Positions 53,591 to 63,894 of a DNA stretch of 64,000 bases are shown here, piece by piece; position 1 is the first letter of the stretch; every line of letters begins with the position of its first letter. Location: the sequence record MN850615.1; one strand, written 5' to 3'. A program made the position numbers and the translations under genes. The notes below the pieces were generated by a model that was given only the letters and a program-made list of their open reading frames with translations, ran no database searches and was not told the DNA's origin. The DNA comes from Escherichia phage kvi.

Positions 53591-54730
53591 ATGACACAAG
53601 AGATAGAATTACGCAACACTGGAATTAGGTTTGCGCATTTCGACGAAGACTCTGCGACATTTACCAGCATTTCAGAAAATAACTCTGTGATGTATAAGCT
53701 GGAAGTGCGCGGATCTAATGCGGATTCTACCAAACCAGCAAGAATTAGATTTAATGGAGTGGAGATCGTCGGGACTGGCTATGAGACTGGCCTAAACTTT
53801 AAAGTTTTTACTCCAACTGGACAATTGCACGAAGAAAAGGTATTCTATGGTCGTGGTGCTGTATTGGCAATGCGTGATTATCTTTATTTGCTAAAAGGCG
53901 ACTATATCATTGCGATGGCAACGCATGGAGAATTGTTTGCAGATCCGATAAGTGATGATATATTTTCTAAGCTGGGATCTGTATCATTCCCGAATCACAT
54001 TTTGCTACAGCAAATGCCTCGTGTATCCTATGCAGCAATTTATTCTACTAAAATGGGTAAAATTGTGTGCGAAGGGATGCAAGCAACTCACGGGGAAGGT
54101 CAAGATTCGTCTATACAGATCGAGAAAGTTTATGATACTATAGACGATCTTGCAATAACAGGAACACCACAACGATTTTTAGATTATCCGGTTGAGTATG
54201 TTAGCGAAGATTCCGAACATTTCGAGCTAATACAATGGCCTCGTGATGAGACCAGCGCCCCACTTGAGGATTTTAACATAAAGGCAGGTGACAAACTATC
54301 AATATCCTTTGAATTGTTCCGTGATAGTGCCGCAGCCGCAGCCAACGTAACAGCGCGTTTCTATCACAACTACTTCACCGATGGACAATATCAAACTGGT
54401 GTTCGATACAATGCCAGCAAAAAAGACCAATGGGAAAAGTTTGAAGCCGTCTATACCGTACCGGAAGGAGTTGATAGTGTAGTAACTGGTTGTATCAGAT
54501 ATCCAACCAACTCCAATGAAGGTATTGTTAAAATTAGAAACATACTAATAACGCCGATCAGTGGAGTCGTCAAAACTACTGGTCCTACTTCATTTGGTGT
54601 TAATGGTGTTAGAACAACTCATATTCAGGATAACGGTGATTTTACTAACCCTGTAATGAGTCTTCTTAAACTACCCAGAGATAATAAACACATCACATCC
54701 AACAACTTTAAAGAGTTCGATGTTGATTAA
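53591..54730 (+). CDS. 35: Long tail fibre hinge gp35
   Basis: 379 aa; position and size. Confidence 0.8.
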   Translation: MTQEIELRNTGIRFAHFDEDSATFTSISENNSVMYKLEVRGSNADSTKPARIRFNGVEIVGTGYETGLNFKVFTPTGQLHEEKVFYGRGAVLAMRDYLYLLKGDYIIAMATHGELFADPISDDIFSKLGSVSFPNHILLQQMPRVSYAAIYSTKMGKIVCEGMQATHGEGQDSSIQIEKVYDTIDDLAITGTPQRFLDYPVEYVSEDSEHFELIQWPRDETSAPLEDFNIKAGDKLSISFELFRDSAAAAANVTARFYHNYFTDGQYQTGVRYNASKKDQWEKFEAVYTVPEGVDSVVTGCIRYPTNSNEGIVKIRNILITPISGVVKTTGPTSFGVNGVRTTHIQDNGDFTNPVMSLLKLPRDNKHITSNNFKEFDVD

Positions 54731-54741
54731 CATTTTTAACA

Positions 54742-54770
54742 AGCCGATCCATGTGGTCGGCTTTATTTTT
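54742..54770 (+). terminator. Terminator after gene 35
   Basis: AGCCGATC..GGTCGGCT hairpin followed by TTTATTTTT. Confidence 0.55.
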
Positions 54771-54892
54771 ATACAGTTGGTTAAATTGTAACCAAAACGA
54801 AGAAAGATCTTTAGAATAATAGAAAATTTGTTTCGGTTAAAAAGTAGTCAGTGCCTACGGCACGTCGCGAAGCGATATTTTGTTAACATTCT

Positions 54893-54900
54893 ATAAATAC
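54893..54900 (+). promoter_or_regulatory. Late promoter motif TATAAATA for gene 36
   Basis: Exact TATAAATA 32 nt upstream of ATG. Confidence 0.5.
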
Positions 54901-54932
54901 TCGGAACTATAACTAATTTTTGAGGTTACTTT

Positions 54933-56423
54933 ATGGCAGATTTGAAATATGGATCTACTGTAGGTGGATCTCCCATTTGGACGCAAGGAAACTTGACGAT
55001 CCAGCCAGCGGGGGATCAGCTTTTCTACAAAGGTCATAAAATCTATACCGCTTTTGATAAACCTTCGGCTGCCGATTTTGATGCTGTTAGTGCATCCGAA
55101 GGTGGCACATTTCAAAAGCAAGTTCATTTCGAGGAAGGTTTAAGCGTAGGTAGCGCATCGGCTGGAGAAACCAAAAAGAACGGGATCTTTAAAGGAAATA
55201 GTGATGCGGCTAACTTTGATGGTGTAAGTTGGGGTTTGCATTCGTGGAAATCTATTGGTTTTGTTAATGCCCGTGATGGCGTTATCATGGCTTATATTGA
55301 CACTACCACAGGTGATTTTAAAACTAAAGGGACTATCGAAGGGACAACCATTAAAGACACAGGTCAACGCGTCTATAGCCCTGTTAATAAACCAACGAAT
55401 AATGATTTAGATTTGGTGTCTCGTCGCGGTGATACCCTCACAGGAACATATAATTTAAACACTGTCACTGTTAAACTATCGGTTGATTCGAAATTAATTG
55501 CAAGGGAACGTGATTTAATTAATTTTGATGCGACTAAGATCTATTATGGTAACGTTCTTGATACGTTGGTCTTCCGAAGTAAAGATGAGCCTACCATTTT
55601 TGTTAATGGTAAAGAAGGTCGTTTTTATCACACCAACAATAAACCAACTAAAGCCGATGTGGGACTAGGCAATGTCACCAATGATGCACAGGTTAAACGT
55701 GCTGGTGATATTATGGAAGGTAACTTGCAAGCGCCTAGAATGTTGGCGACAAACGATCCGGCTGGTCCTAATGAATTGGTTCGTTTGAGCTACTTTGAGA
55801 AAAAATCAATGGTAGCAAATCCATCCATCATTGGAAACGTTGATTGGAACACTCTTATTAATCGCGGTATCTATCGTGTGGAAAATGCTGGGTCGGGTAC
55901 TAATAAACCGTCTGATAGCTATTATAACGGCGTTTTGATGGTATATCGCCCAGAAGATGCTGTCGGTACTCGTCGAATTGTTCAGGTATACTATCCTGAA
56001 TCTATTGATCATCCGATGTGCTGGCGTTCTTGTTCTAATGAATCATGGACTGTATGGAACTATGTAGATCACCGTAAATTGGCTGATATTCGCTATGTTA
56101 ACGTAACTGGCGATACCATGACAGGACCGTTAACTGTTCCGGCGGCAAATGGCGTTAAAACGGCTAGCGGTGCATATAATGGTGATAACTACTATGCTGG
56201 ACTTAATAGCTTAAATGGTACAGCAATGATTCATCGTGTTAGCGATATTAAAGCGCACGAGAAACTAGGAATCACACATGATTCTAAAATTATTTTCGTT
56301 AAATCTCGTGGCAATACTCAGGACACCGATACCTTTGAATTATACCACGAAGGACATAAACCAACTCCTGATGAGGTTGGCGCGGTTCCGCTCAATGCGG
56401 TAATTGATTTTGGTACTTTCTAA
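54933..56423 (+). CDS. 36: Long tail fibre distal connector gp36 (enlarged)
   Basis: 496 aa; N-terminus MADLKYGSTVGGS.IW.QGN matches T4 gp36, which is only 221 aa. Confidence 0.8.
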   Translation: MADLKYGSTVGGSPIWTQGNLTIQPAGDQLFYKGHKIYTAFDKPSAADFDAVSASEGGTFQKQVHFEEGLSVGSASAGETKKNGIFKGNSDAANFDGVSWGLHSWKSIGFVNARDGVIMAYIDTTTGDFKTKGTIEGTTIKDTGQRVYSPVNKPTNNDLDLVSRRGDTLTGTYNLNTVTVKLSVDSKLIARERDLINFDATKIYYGNVLDTLVFRSKDEPTIFVNGKEGRFYHTNNKPTKADVGLGNVTNDAQVKRAGDIMEGNLQAPRMLATNDPAGPNELVRLSYFEKKSMVANPSIIGNVDWNTLINRGIYRVENAGSGTNKPSDSYYNGVLMVYRPEDAVGTRRIVQVYYPESIDHPMCWRSCSNESWTVWNYVDHRKLADIRYVNVTGDTMTGPLTVPAANGVKTASGAYNGDNYYAGLNSLNGTAMIHRVSDIKAHEKLGITHDSKIIFVKSRGNTQDTDTFELYHEGHKPTPDEVGAVPLNAVIDFGTF

Positions 56424-56427
56424 TATT

Positions 56428-56451
56428 AGCGGGGATTCTCCCCGCTTTTCT
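56428..56451 (+). terminator. Terminator after gene 36
   Basis: GCGGGGA-TTC-TCCCCGC followed by TTTTCT. Confidence 0.6.
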
Positions 56452-56491
56452 AAATAATATTATTCTAATAACCGTTTAAGGATTTTATAAA

Positions 56492-59260
56492 ATGGCAGAT
56501 TTAAACAGAATCCAGTTTAAACGCACTAGCGCAGCCGGACGTAAACCGGATGCTGGTACGATGAATCCGGGAGAGTTGGCAATTAACTTAGCAGACCAAT
56601 ATCTGCTTACAAAAAATGATGATGGGCAAATTGTTAATTTAAGCTGCCCTCCTGTTTATGATAAAGGCTTTAATGTAAACGGTCGTGTTGTTGTAGATGA
56701 CCTTGTGTGGAGTAATACCGCAAACTATTTCGATGATCCGACCGCACGAAATCTTGATAAATTTGGGGCGTTTCGTACTAATGATATGGATGGTCATCTA
56801 GCATTGGCTTTGCATATTCCCCATCCTAGCGGTATAAATCATGCTCGTGGGTTGGATTTTACTTATGGTTCTAACGTTGTTCCTACTGTAAAAACCTATG
56901 GTTATAACGCTGATGGTGTATTGGCATATTCATATCGCATGTATCACGAAGGTGATAAGCCTAGTCCGTCAGAATTGAATGTGTACAGCAAACAAGAAGT
57001 AGATCGGATGTTCCAGAAGACCATCAACTTTGGTGTAGAAACTGGATGGTTTAAAATTGCTACCGCCATTATTCCGCAAAATGATGGACGTAGCTTGAAA
57101 ATTAGATTGATTGGTGGAAATGGGTGGAACGTAGGACAAACTGGACAATGTAATATTATTGAACTTGTTATAAGGACTAGCAACGGTTCGCCTAAAGGAA
57201 TTAACTTTGTTGCGTATCATCATGTTTCTGGTTACGAGAATCAATTTTGTGCCATTAATACAAGTGATGACACTTATGATATCTATGCATATTACTTCGA
57301 ATTTACTAATATGGTAATGGCTGAATATCAAGCGTCTACCGGTGTTAATTTAACTGTACTTGATCGACCTGAATATGTAGGCGAAAAACCTGTAGCTGAT
57401 CATATCTATGATGCATATACAATACACTCCTTTAACAGTTTCAGTAACCGTGGGACATTAAATTTTGCTGGAAACCATCAAGGCCAATATGACATTGAGC
57501 ATATGAACGAACAACCGACAAATGCTAAAAATATGTTGCGTCGGTTTAGAAGCTCTGCTCTTGCCACTATCTGGCATGAAACCGTTGATGACCAGAATTA
57601 TCGTCTTGCCACTGGCAGTACAGATTCAGGTCAACAATTATTGCTGACAACAACCGGGTTACATGTCAAGAGATTAACATTGGATGGTGGTGCTGCGGGT
57701 GGAAATGCTGGTATTGATATTCGTCGAGGACCAAACGAAGCAAGCCATTTTAATTTTATGGATTATCGCACTGGTCAAGATGTTCGTAATGGCTGGTTTG
57801 GTTTTGGTGATTTGACGACCAAAGATTTTATTTGGTGGAACGATAACGGTCAAAACTCGATAAACTTGGTCGAAAACGGTGAATTACAGATTTCTGGTGG
57901 TAAAGGCCAGAAAATTGTAATGAATAGCGAAGTTGCATTATCTGAAAATGCTCGTTTGGCTGTTAGAGGTGGTAATTATGGCGTGATATTCCGTAATGAT
58001 GGAACGAGCTTTCATCTGCTTACTACCGATTTAAAAGATTCTTTTGGTAATTGGAATAATCGCAGACCGTTCAGTTATGATTTCGCCACTGGTGGATTAT
58101 ATTTAGGTGGTACTGACACCGCACGTTGTTTGCATCTGGGAATTGATGGTAGTACCCGTATCGAGGATAACTTAGTTTTCAGGGCGGGATCTCGTCAATC
58201 AATGGACTACTTAGAATTTGTTCATTGGGGGGCAAGCAATGTAGGTCGAAATAACGTTTTAAGTCTTCGTGACTCAAAAGGGTTTTTAGCAGAATTTGAG
58301 CGTAAAGGTGATAACACCATTCAAAATACATTCTTCGGAAGATTTAAAGTCAATGGTGATTCTAACGTTATTACCATTAATGCTCCTACTGATTCTGATG
58401 CTGTTTATGTGAAAGGTACTTGTAATGATGTAGATAACTGGTATATCGGTAAAGGTGGTGCTGGTAATGGATTAGTTTTTTGTAGTTATAAGACTAATGC
58501 GGCTGTTCATCTCACAGATAATGGTGAGATAGCACTTGCGCCACAAAATTTTAATAATGTTAGTATTAGCAAAGACCGCATCTATATAAACGCTACACAG
58601 TGGGTTGCTAATCATTCCGGTGCATGGGACGGACAATGGCGCGAAGAAGCACCTATCTTTGTTGATCAGGGTAGTGTTGGAGAAGATAGCTATTATCCAC
58701 TTATTAAAGGACATAGCCAGATCACAGGTCAAGGTTATTCTACTAAGGTTGACTTTGGCTTACGTCGTACTCCCCAAACATGGGGACAAGCTGTTATTCG
58801 TGTTGGTTCTGCGGAAAACTCGCCAGCGGCTGGTCATCCTCAAGCTGTATTCGAGTTCCATCATGATGGTACTTTCTATTCTCCGGGTAATGGTAACTTT
58901 AACGATGTTTATATTCGTTCTGATGACCGTCTTAAGATTAATAAAGAAGAGTTAGAAAACGGAGCACTTGAAAAAGTATGCCGTCTGAAAGTTTATACTT
59001 ACGATAAAGTTAAGTCTATTAAAGATCGTAGTGTGATTAAACGTGAAGCTGGTATTATTGCTCAGGATCTTGAAAAAGAATTGCCGGAAGCTGTATCGAA
59101 AGTTGAAGTTGATGGATCTGACGTACTGACAATTTCTAACTCGGCAGTGAATGCTCTTTTAATTAAGGCTATTCAGGAAATGAGTGAAGAAATTAAAGAA
59201 TTGAAAACTCCTTTCTTTACTAAAATTGCTCGCAAAATTAGTAAATATTTTAAATTCTAA
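56492..59260 (+). CDS. 37: Long tail fibre distal subunit gp37 with C-terminal S74-type chaperone
   Basis: 922 aa; N-terminus MADLNRIQFKRT matches gp37; C-terminus SDDRLKINKEEL..VYTYD resembles the intramolecular chaperone. Confidence 0.85.
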   Translation: MADLNRIQFKRTSAAGRKPDAGTMNPGELAINLADQYLLTKNDDGQIVNLSCPPVYDKGFNVNGRVVVDDLVWSNTANYFDDPTARNLDKFGAFRTNDMDGHLALALHIPHPSGINHARGLDFTYGSNVVPTVKTYGYNADGVLAYSYRMYHEGDKPSPSELNVYSKQEVDRMFQKTINFGVETGWFKIATAIIPQNDGRSLKIRLIGGNGWNVGQTGQCNIIELVIRTSNGSPKGINFVAYHHVSGYENQFCAINTSDDTYDIYAYYFEFTNMVMAEYQASTGVNLTVLDRPEYVGEKPVADHIYDAYTIHSFNSFSNRGTLNFAGNHQGQYDIEHMNEQPTNAKNMLRRFRSSALATIWHETVDDQNYRLATGSTDSGQQLLLTTTGLHVKRLTLDGGAAGGNAGIDIRRGPNEASHFNFMDYRTGQDVRNGWFGFGDLTTKDFIWWNDNGQNSINLVENGELQISGGKGQKIVMNSEVALSENARLAVRGGNYGVIFRNDGTSFHLLTTDLKDSFGNWNNRRPFSYDFATGGLYLGGTDTARCLHLGIDGSTRIEDNLVFRAGSRQSMDYLEFVHWGASNVGRNNVLSLRDSKGFLAEFERKGDNTIQNTFFGRFKVNGDSNVITINAPTDSDAVYVKGTCNDVDNWYIGKGGAGNGLVFCSYKTNAAVHLTDNGEIALAPQNFNNVSISKDRIYINATQWVANHSGAWDGQWREEAPIFVDQGSVGEDSYYPLIKGHSQITGQGYSTKVDFGLRRTPQTWGQAVIRVGSAENSPAAGHPQAVFEFHHDGTFYSPGNGNFNDVYIRSDDRLKINKEELENGALEKVCRLKVYTYDKVKSIKDRSVIKREAGIIAQDLEKELPEAVSKVEVDGSDVLTISNSAVNALLIKAIQEMSEEIKELKTPFFTKIARKISKYFKF

Positions 59261-59297
59261 CAACAAGGGGGCAACGCCCCCCTTTGGAGTATAAATT

Positions 59298-60077
59298 ATG
59301 GCAGTAGTTGGTGTTCCTGGTTGGATTGGAAGTTCAGCCGCAAATGAAACAGGGCAACGATGGATGAGTCAAGCGGCTGGTCAATTAAGATTGGGTGTTC
59401 CTTGCTGGATGAGTCAATTTGCAGGTCGCTCGCGAGAAATTATTCATACACTTGGTGCAGACCATAACTTCAATGGTCAGTGGTTCCGTGATAGATGCTT
59501 TGAAGCAGGTAGTACACCTATAGTGTTTAATATCACTGGAGATTTAGTATCATATTCTAAAGATGTTCCTTTATTCTTTATGTACGGAGATACACCGAAT
59601 GAATATGTTCAGTTGAATATACACGGCGTAACGATGTATGGACGTGGCGGTAATGGCGGTAGCAATGGTCCTGGATCAGCCGGGGGGCATTGTATTCAAA
59701 ATGATATTGGTGGGAGACTAAGAATTAATAATGGTGGAGCTATTGCAGGTGGCGGTGGCGGTGGCGGTGGCGGTAACAGGGGTCGACTAGTATTTGGTGG
59801 TGGCGGTGGTCGCCCATTCGGTGCTGGTGGGTCTTCCTCGAATATGGGTTCTGGTGCAACCGCTGGCACTATTTACGCTCCGGGTCAAGGATCTGTTGGT
59901 TCGGGGTCTCTTAGTGCATATACAGGCGGTGCGGGCGGTAACGTTGGTGCTGCTGGAGGAAGATGTAATACTCACGGTAACGGTACAGAATATAACGGCG
60001 GAGCTGCTGGTTATGCTGTTATAGGGTCTGCTCCAACGTGGCAAAATCGCGGAGCTATTTACGGACCGGCTGTTTAG
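59298..60077 (+). CDS. 38: T2-type receptor-recognising adhesin gp38
   Basis: 259 aa; N-terminus [17 protein letters not shown] and glycine-rich motifs. Confidence 0.85.
   Translation: MAVVGVPGWIGSSAANETGQRWMSQAAGQLRLGVPCWMSQFAGRSREIIHTLGADHNFNGQWFRDRCFEAGSTPIVFNITGDLVSYSKDVPLFFMYGDTPNEYVQLNIHGVTMYGRGGNGGSNGPGSAGGHCIQNDIGGRLRINNGGAIAGGGGGGGGGNRGRLVFGGGGGRPFGAGGSSSNMGSGATAGTIYAPGQGSVGSGSLSAYTGGAGGNVGAAGGRCNTHGNGTEYNGGAAGYAVIGSAPTWQNRGAIYGPAV
59748..59776 (+). repeat. (GGTGGC)n codon repeat in gp38
   Basis: Tandem GGCGGTGGC units encoding poly-Gly. Confidence 0.6.
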
Positions 60078-60140
60078 ACGCAATTATAAAAAGAATTAAG
60101 GAAAACTCCCACGGAAGGGAACTACTAAGGAGAAACGGCT

Positions 60141-60380
60141 ATGGTCTATAATATCGTCATTGGTGCTTTGTCTAATTTCGGAATGAAACTATTGTCAAAG
60201 TTAATTAGTGAAAAGATGCTCACTAAAATTTTCTTCTATTGCGCTCGTCGTCTTGCGGCTTATACCAATACGCCAATTGATGATCGTTTTGTGGAAGAAC
60301 TTTATAAGGAGTTTAATAAAGATCAGTCAGAAGATAGTAACGAGCAAGATAAACCTAGTGATAGTCAACTACCTAAATAA
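60141..60380 (+). CDS. Hypothetical protein between 38 and t
   Basis: 79 aa; AAGGAG SD; hydrophobic N-terminus, acidic tail. Confidence 0.45.
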   Translation: MVYNIVIGALSNFGMKLLSKLISEKMLTKIFFYCARRLAAYTNTPIDDRFVEELYKEFNKDQSEDSNEQDKPSDSQLPK

Positions 60381-60413
60381 GAGTACACTGTCATAGTTAT
60401 CTTAGGGCATTAT

Positions 60414-61070
60414 ATGCAAGTTTCTGAAAAAGGGAAAGACTTTGCTATCTCAAATGTCCTGCGCGCTATTTTCACAACTAAAAGCACGGAGTTGCTCGTA
60501 CTTCGTGTTTTTGCTGCCGTCGTGTTGTCCATATTAGCATTTGTCGTTTATAGTAAAAACGAGTTATTTGCGCTTTATAAAGAGACTCGTTATGAGACTT
60601 ATGCTCACATTCTCCAGGTAGAGAAAGACCGCAATTTTGATAATGCAGCACAGGAGCAGTTACAGATAGTTCATGTGTCGGCTGATGCCGATTTTTCTGC
60701 TGTTTTTAGTTTTCGTCCGAAAAACCTAAACTATTTTGTTGATTTGGTGGCATATGAAGGAAAGCTACCGCATACAATCGATGAAAAAAATTTAGGTGGA
60801 TTCCCTATCAATAAAACGAGTGAAGAATATCGTAGGCATCTTTTAGGTAAATCCTATTTTACCGATAAAGATTTCCAGTATATTCCATCAAGAGAAAAGA
60901 AATTAGAGAATATCGATATAGGTTTCATGTATTCTTGTCCTATATTCAATCTCGATAATGTCTATTCTGGTAGTATCGCCATTTCATGGAAGAATAAACC
61001 GGATATTGACATTGAGAATTTAGATACTCTTTGCAATCAATCTGCCAGAATCCTCGGAAGGATTAGATAA
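60414..61070 (+). CDS. t: Holin T
   Basis: 218 aa; LQIVHVSADADFSAVFSFRPKNLNYFVDLVAYEGKLP and LCNQSARILGR match T4 holin. Confidence 0.9.
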   Translation: MQVSEKGKDFAISNVLRAIFTTKSTELLVLRVFAAVVLSILAFVVYSKNELFALYKETRYETYAHILQVEKDRNFDNAAQEQLQIVHVSADADFSAVFSFRPKNLNYFVDLVAYEGKLPHTIDEKNLGGFPINKTSEEYRRHLLGKSYFTDKDFQYIPSREKKLENIDIGFMYSCPIFNLDNVYSGSIAISWKNKPDIDIENLDTLCNQSARILGRIR

Positions 61071-61076
61071 CTTAAA

Positions 61077-61108
61077 GGGGAAGCCTTTCGGCCTCCCCTT
61101 CTTTTTAT
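61077..61108 (+). terminator. Terminator after t (convergent junction)
   Basis: GGGGAAGCC-TTTC-GGCCTCCCC followed by TTCTTTTTATT. Confidence 0.6.
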
Positions 61109-61353
61109 TGGCGCATAGACGCGCCTGAATCGCATTTTGACGCTGTATGATGAAAACAGGTAGCGTACCAGTCATCGGCTTGTTTGTCTTCGTCAGAAAA
61201 CGCGTAATTGCGTTGTATGCCGTTTTCTACTTTGACCAGTGCAATAGCTGTTTCTGGAAGATCAATCAATCGGACAAAATCGCCATCTTCCCATTCTACA
61301 CGAGCAATATCATAACCCATCTCAAAATAAACAATCGCTTGCTCTAATCTCAT
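61105..61353 (-). CDS. Hypothetical protein
   Basis: 82 aa. Confidence 0.45.
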   Translation of the reverse strand: MRLEQAIVYFEMGYDIARVEWEDGDFVRLIDLPETAIALVKVENGIQRNYAFSDEDKQADDWYATCFHHTASKCDSGASMRQ

Positions 61354-61697
61354 TCTGGAAACTTCCCGTAAACATTCTCTGCCAACTTACGTGCATCGCT
61401 AATAATATCTTTCATGTGATGGTCGTATTGCTTTGCCATAATAAGAATACAATCAATGAAGAATGAATAACGTCTAGAATTTACTAAAAAGTTTTTACCT
61501 AGTGAATCAAACGGATCTGGATCATCAAGTTCGATAGATTCTCTAACTTTAGACAATTCTTTCATTACAAGGTTTACATCGTTTATAATATCTTTTGATT
61601 TATATGCGCCTTTCTTTAACAATATGGCGGTCAATTCTGACGCAGTTTCTTGAAATTCTTTCTGATAAGCTGAGTTTACATCATCGATATTAAACAT
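61350..61697 (-). CDS. Hypothetical protein, tandem paralog 1
   Basis: 115 aa; MFNIDD...ENVYGKFPE. Confidence 0.5.
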   Translation of the reverse strand: MFNIDDVNSAYQKEFQETASELTAILLKKGAYKSKDIINDVNLVMKELSKVRESIELDDPDPFDSLGKNFLVNSRRYSFFIDCILIMAKQYDHHMKDIISDARKLAENVYGKFPE

Positions 61698-61706
61698 AAT
61701 CGCCTC

Positions 61707-62039
61707 TCAAATATTGCCGTAAATGTTTTCAGTCATGGTTCTTGCTTCTTCCAGCATTTTGGTCATGCTCATGGTGTAGTTGTTATCTCGTACAGACTTA
61801 ATAACGACAAGCAAGGAATCTAGGAAAACTTTATATACTCTCCATTTTACGCTATTGTTGAATAGTTTTATATCTTCTACTTTATCGATCAGATAACCTA
61901 AAACAGATAGCGCCTCGTTCACTTCTTCCGTTACTTTACTGCCACTAAACCAGATGGGGTAAAGCTGGATTGACAGCGACCGTGCTGCCTCTTTCAGTTC
62001 GGTCGCCTTCCATGATTCATATTGATCAAAGTTAAACAT
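61707..62039 (-). CDS. Hypothetical protein, tandem paralog 2
   Basis: 110 aa; MFNFDQ...ENIYGNI. Confidence 0.5.
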   Translation of the reverse strand: MFNFDQYESWKATELKEAARSLSIQLYPIWFSGSKVTEEVNEALSVLGYLIDKVEDIKLFNNSVKWRVYKVFLDSLLVVIKSVRDNNYTMSMTKMLEEARTMTENIYGNI

Positions 62040-62051
62040 TATAGAATACCA

Positions 62052-62384
62052 TTACAGATGAAAACCTGTTACGATCACCGCATCGATCATACCGCTAGGA
62101 ATAAACGGTTCGCCCTCTTTTATTTCAACTTTGAATTGATGCCATTTCGCTAATACTTCTTCCGGTACACCCAGCGATTTGGCGTCTGCTTTAGTTTCAT
62201 CCATAATCCAACTAGGCTGCATGAGAGCATAGTTTACATAGTCCATTTCTGGGGTCATGTCATCAATGTTAATATATTTGCAGTTGACGCGTTTCAGAAT
62301 TTCAAATTCTTTATTGTCAACCTGTACCATGTATAATTCAGTAGTTTCTGGAATCAGTTCCCACACAATCAGTACATTTTTCAT
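62052..62384 (-). CDS. Hypothetical protein
   Basis: 110 aa. Confidence 0.5.
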   Translation of the reverse strand: MKNVLIVWELIPETTELYMVQVDNKEFEILKRVNCKYINIDDMTPEMDYVNYALMQPSWIMDETKADAKSLGVPEEVLAKWHQFKVEIKEGEPFIPSGMIDAVIVTGFHL

Positions 62385-62392
62385 AGTTCACC

Positions 62393-62761
62393 TCACTTAA
62401 CAAAGATTTTCTTTAATGCTTTCAGGATCGTTGCTTCCGGTGCTTCTTCCGGTGGAGGAAGCAATTCTACCACTTCCTCTTCCAACTCGATATAGTCTAC
62501 CAGATATTCTACATAGAATGCAAGTGCTTCCATGAAATTAGATGCTACATCCGATTCACCACAAGCGCCTACATGCATTGTATAAACATCACTGCGATCA
62601 AGTTTGTGGATGCTTCCCAGATAGTTTCGGTTATACCAGACTTCCCACACTTTCAGCTTTCCGGTTTTGGTTGCTGTTTTATAATCGGTTTCGTAATGAT
62701 GCAATTGACGTTGCAGATCATTGATAATAACACATTTTTCGTAATTGTTTTGAATTTCCAT
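62393..62761 (-). CDS. Hypothetical protein
   Basis: 122 aa; acidic C-terminus. Confidence 0.5.
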   Translation of the reverse strand: MEIQNNYEKCVIINDLQRQLHHYETDYKTATKTGKLKVWEVWYNRNYLGSIHKLDRSDVYTMHVGACGESDVASNFMEALAFYVEYLVDYIELEEEVVELLPPPEEAPEATILKALKKIFVK

Positions 62762-62771
62762 GATGTAATCC

Positions 62772-62963
62772 TCACTTATCGTTAAGAAGTTCTAAAACTT
62801 TCTGTCGTACTTTGTCAATATTAGTTGATTCAAAAACTGTACGGTATCCCCAGCTTTGACCGTATGATCGCGAGCAATCCCCATATCCCCATTGTTCAAT
62901 CTGATAGTATTCAAGGAATGGGTGCTGCCGAACTATGATACCATCGCGATTAAAAATTACCAT
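62772..62963 (-). CDS. Hypothetical protein
   Basis: 63 aa. Confidence 0.4.
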   Translation of the reverse strand: MVIFNRDGIIVRQHPFLEYYQIEQWGYGDCSRSYGQSWGYRTVFESTNIDKVRQKVLELLNDK

Positions 62964-62986
62964 AATATAATCCTCACGTCAACAAC

Positions 62987-63274
62987 TTATTTTCGGTTGT
63001 GGTCACGATATGTTTTAAAATATCCCTCGTACCACGGTAAAATATCTGGATTTTTACCACTATACAGACCTTTAACCATCATGTCAATAAGGCCACCTGG
63101 TGTTTGATAGTTTCCAGCTTTTATAAGCTCTCTGATTAAAATCTCTCTGTATATGTCTTTCGGATCTTCGTAATCAACTTGTATTGTGGTTGTGTTCTCA
63201 TTCAATTTGGTTTCTGGAGTATCTCGCATCGCATCCCACCAATCTTTTGTGATCTTCATGTTATTGAATTGCAT
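62987..63274 (-). CDS. Hypothetical protein
   Basis: 95 aa. Confidence 0.45.
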   Translation of the reverse strand: MQFNNMKITKDWWDAMRDTPETKLNENTTTIQVDYEDPKDIYREILIRELIKAGNYQTPGGLIDMMVKGLYSGKNPDILPWYEGYFKTYRDHNRK

Positions 63275-63285
63275 AATTTAACCTC

Positions 63286-63894
63286 TTACTTGCAAACGTA
63301 TTGATCTACATCAATTGCGCCACCGAATGTAGGATGACGTTTTTCGAATCGAATAGTTCCGTCGTTTGGTTCGAAAACGGAGTATTCATATAGATCTTTC
63401 TTGCCAACATTCTTATAAAACCCGCCTTTAGTCATAACGGTTTCTTGTACGTTTGCTTTGTGTACGTTGTATTCGTCAATGTATACAAAATCAACCATCT
63501 TCCCATTTTTAATGGTTACTTTAAGATCTCCTGGTTGATTTCCATATTTGGCATACAGTGGCGCTTCTTTAATTTTTGTGGAAATTCCATCTTTCATACT
63601 CCACTCATAACGAACGGTGCATTGATAGGTAAAAGTTTCGACCTTCGGTTCTTCTACCACTTTTGCTTCCTGTTTCGGTTGTTCTTCTTCAACCTTCGCA
63701 GAAGTCTCTGAATCGCTTTCTGACGCGGTTTCTTCTTTAGGTAATACATTCATCAAGTTTTGGATTTGAGCGTTGTATACAGCCTCCAGTGGCTGAATCT
63801 GCCCGATATTGATCATTGTATCACGAACAGTTTTATTCCAGTTTCGTTGCTCTTGTTTCAGAGACGGATCAATCTTAACAGCCTTAACATACAC
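63286..63894 (-). CDS. Hypothetical protein with acidic linker
   Basis: 202 aa; likely GTG start; helical N-domain, Glu/Lys linker, beta-rich C-domain. Confidence 0.45.
   Translation of the reverse strand: MYVKAVKIDPSLKQEQRNWNKTVRDTMINIGQIQPLEAVYNAQIQNLMNVLPKEETASESDSETSAKVEEEQPKQEAKVVEEPKVETFTYQCTVRYEWSMKDGISTKIKEAPLYAKYGNQPGDLKVTIKNGKMVDFVYIDEYNVHKANVQETVMTKGGFYKNVGKKDLYEYSVFEPNDGTIRFEKRHPTFGGAIDVDQYVCK

Noticed and set aside
59290-59297. TATAAATT just upstream of gp38 as a late promoter
   Set aside because: It lies between the SD and the ATG, too close to be a promoter; gp38 is probably co-transcribed with gp37.
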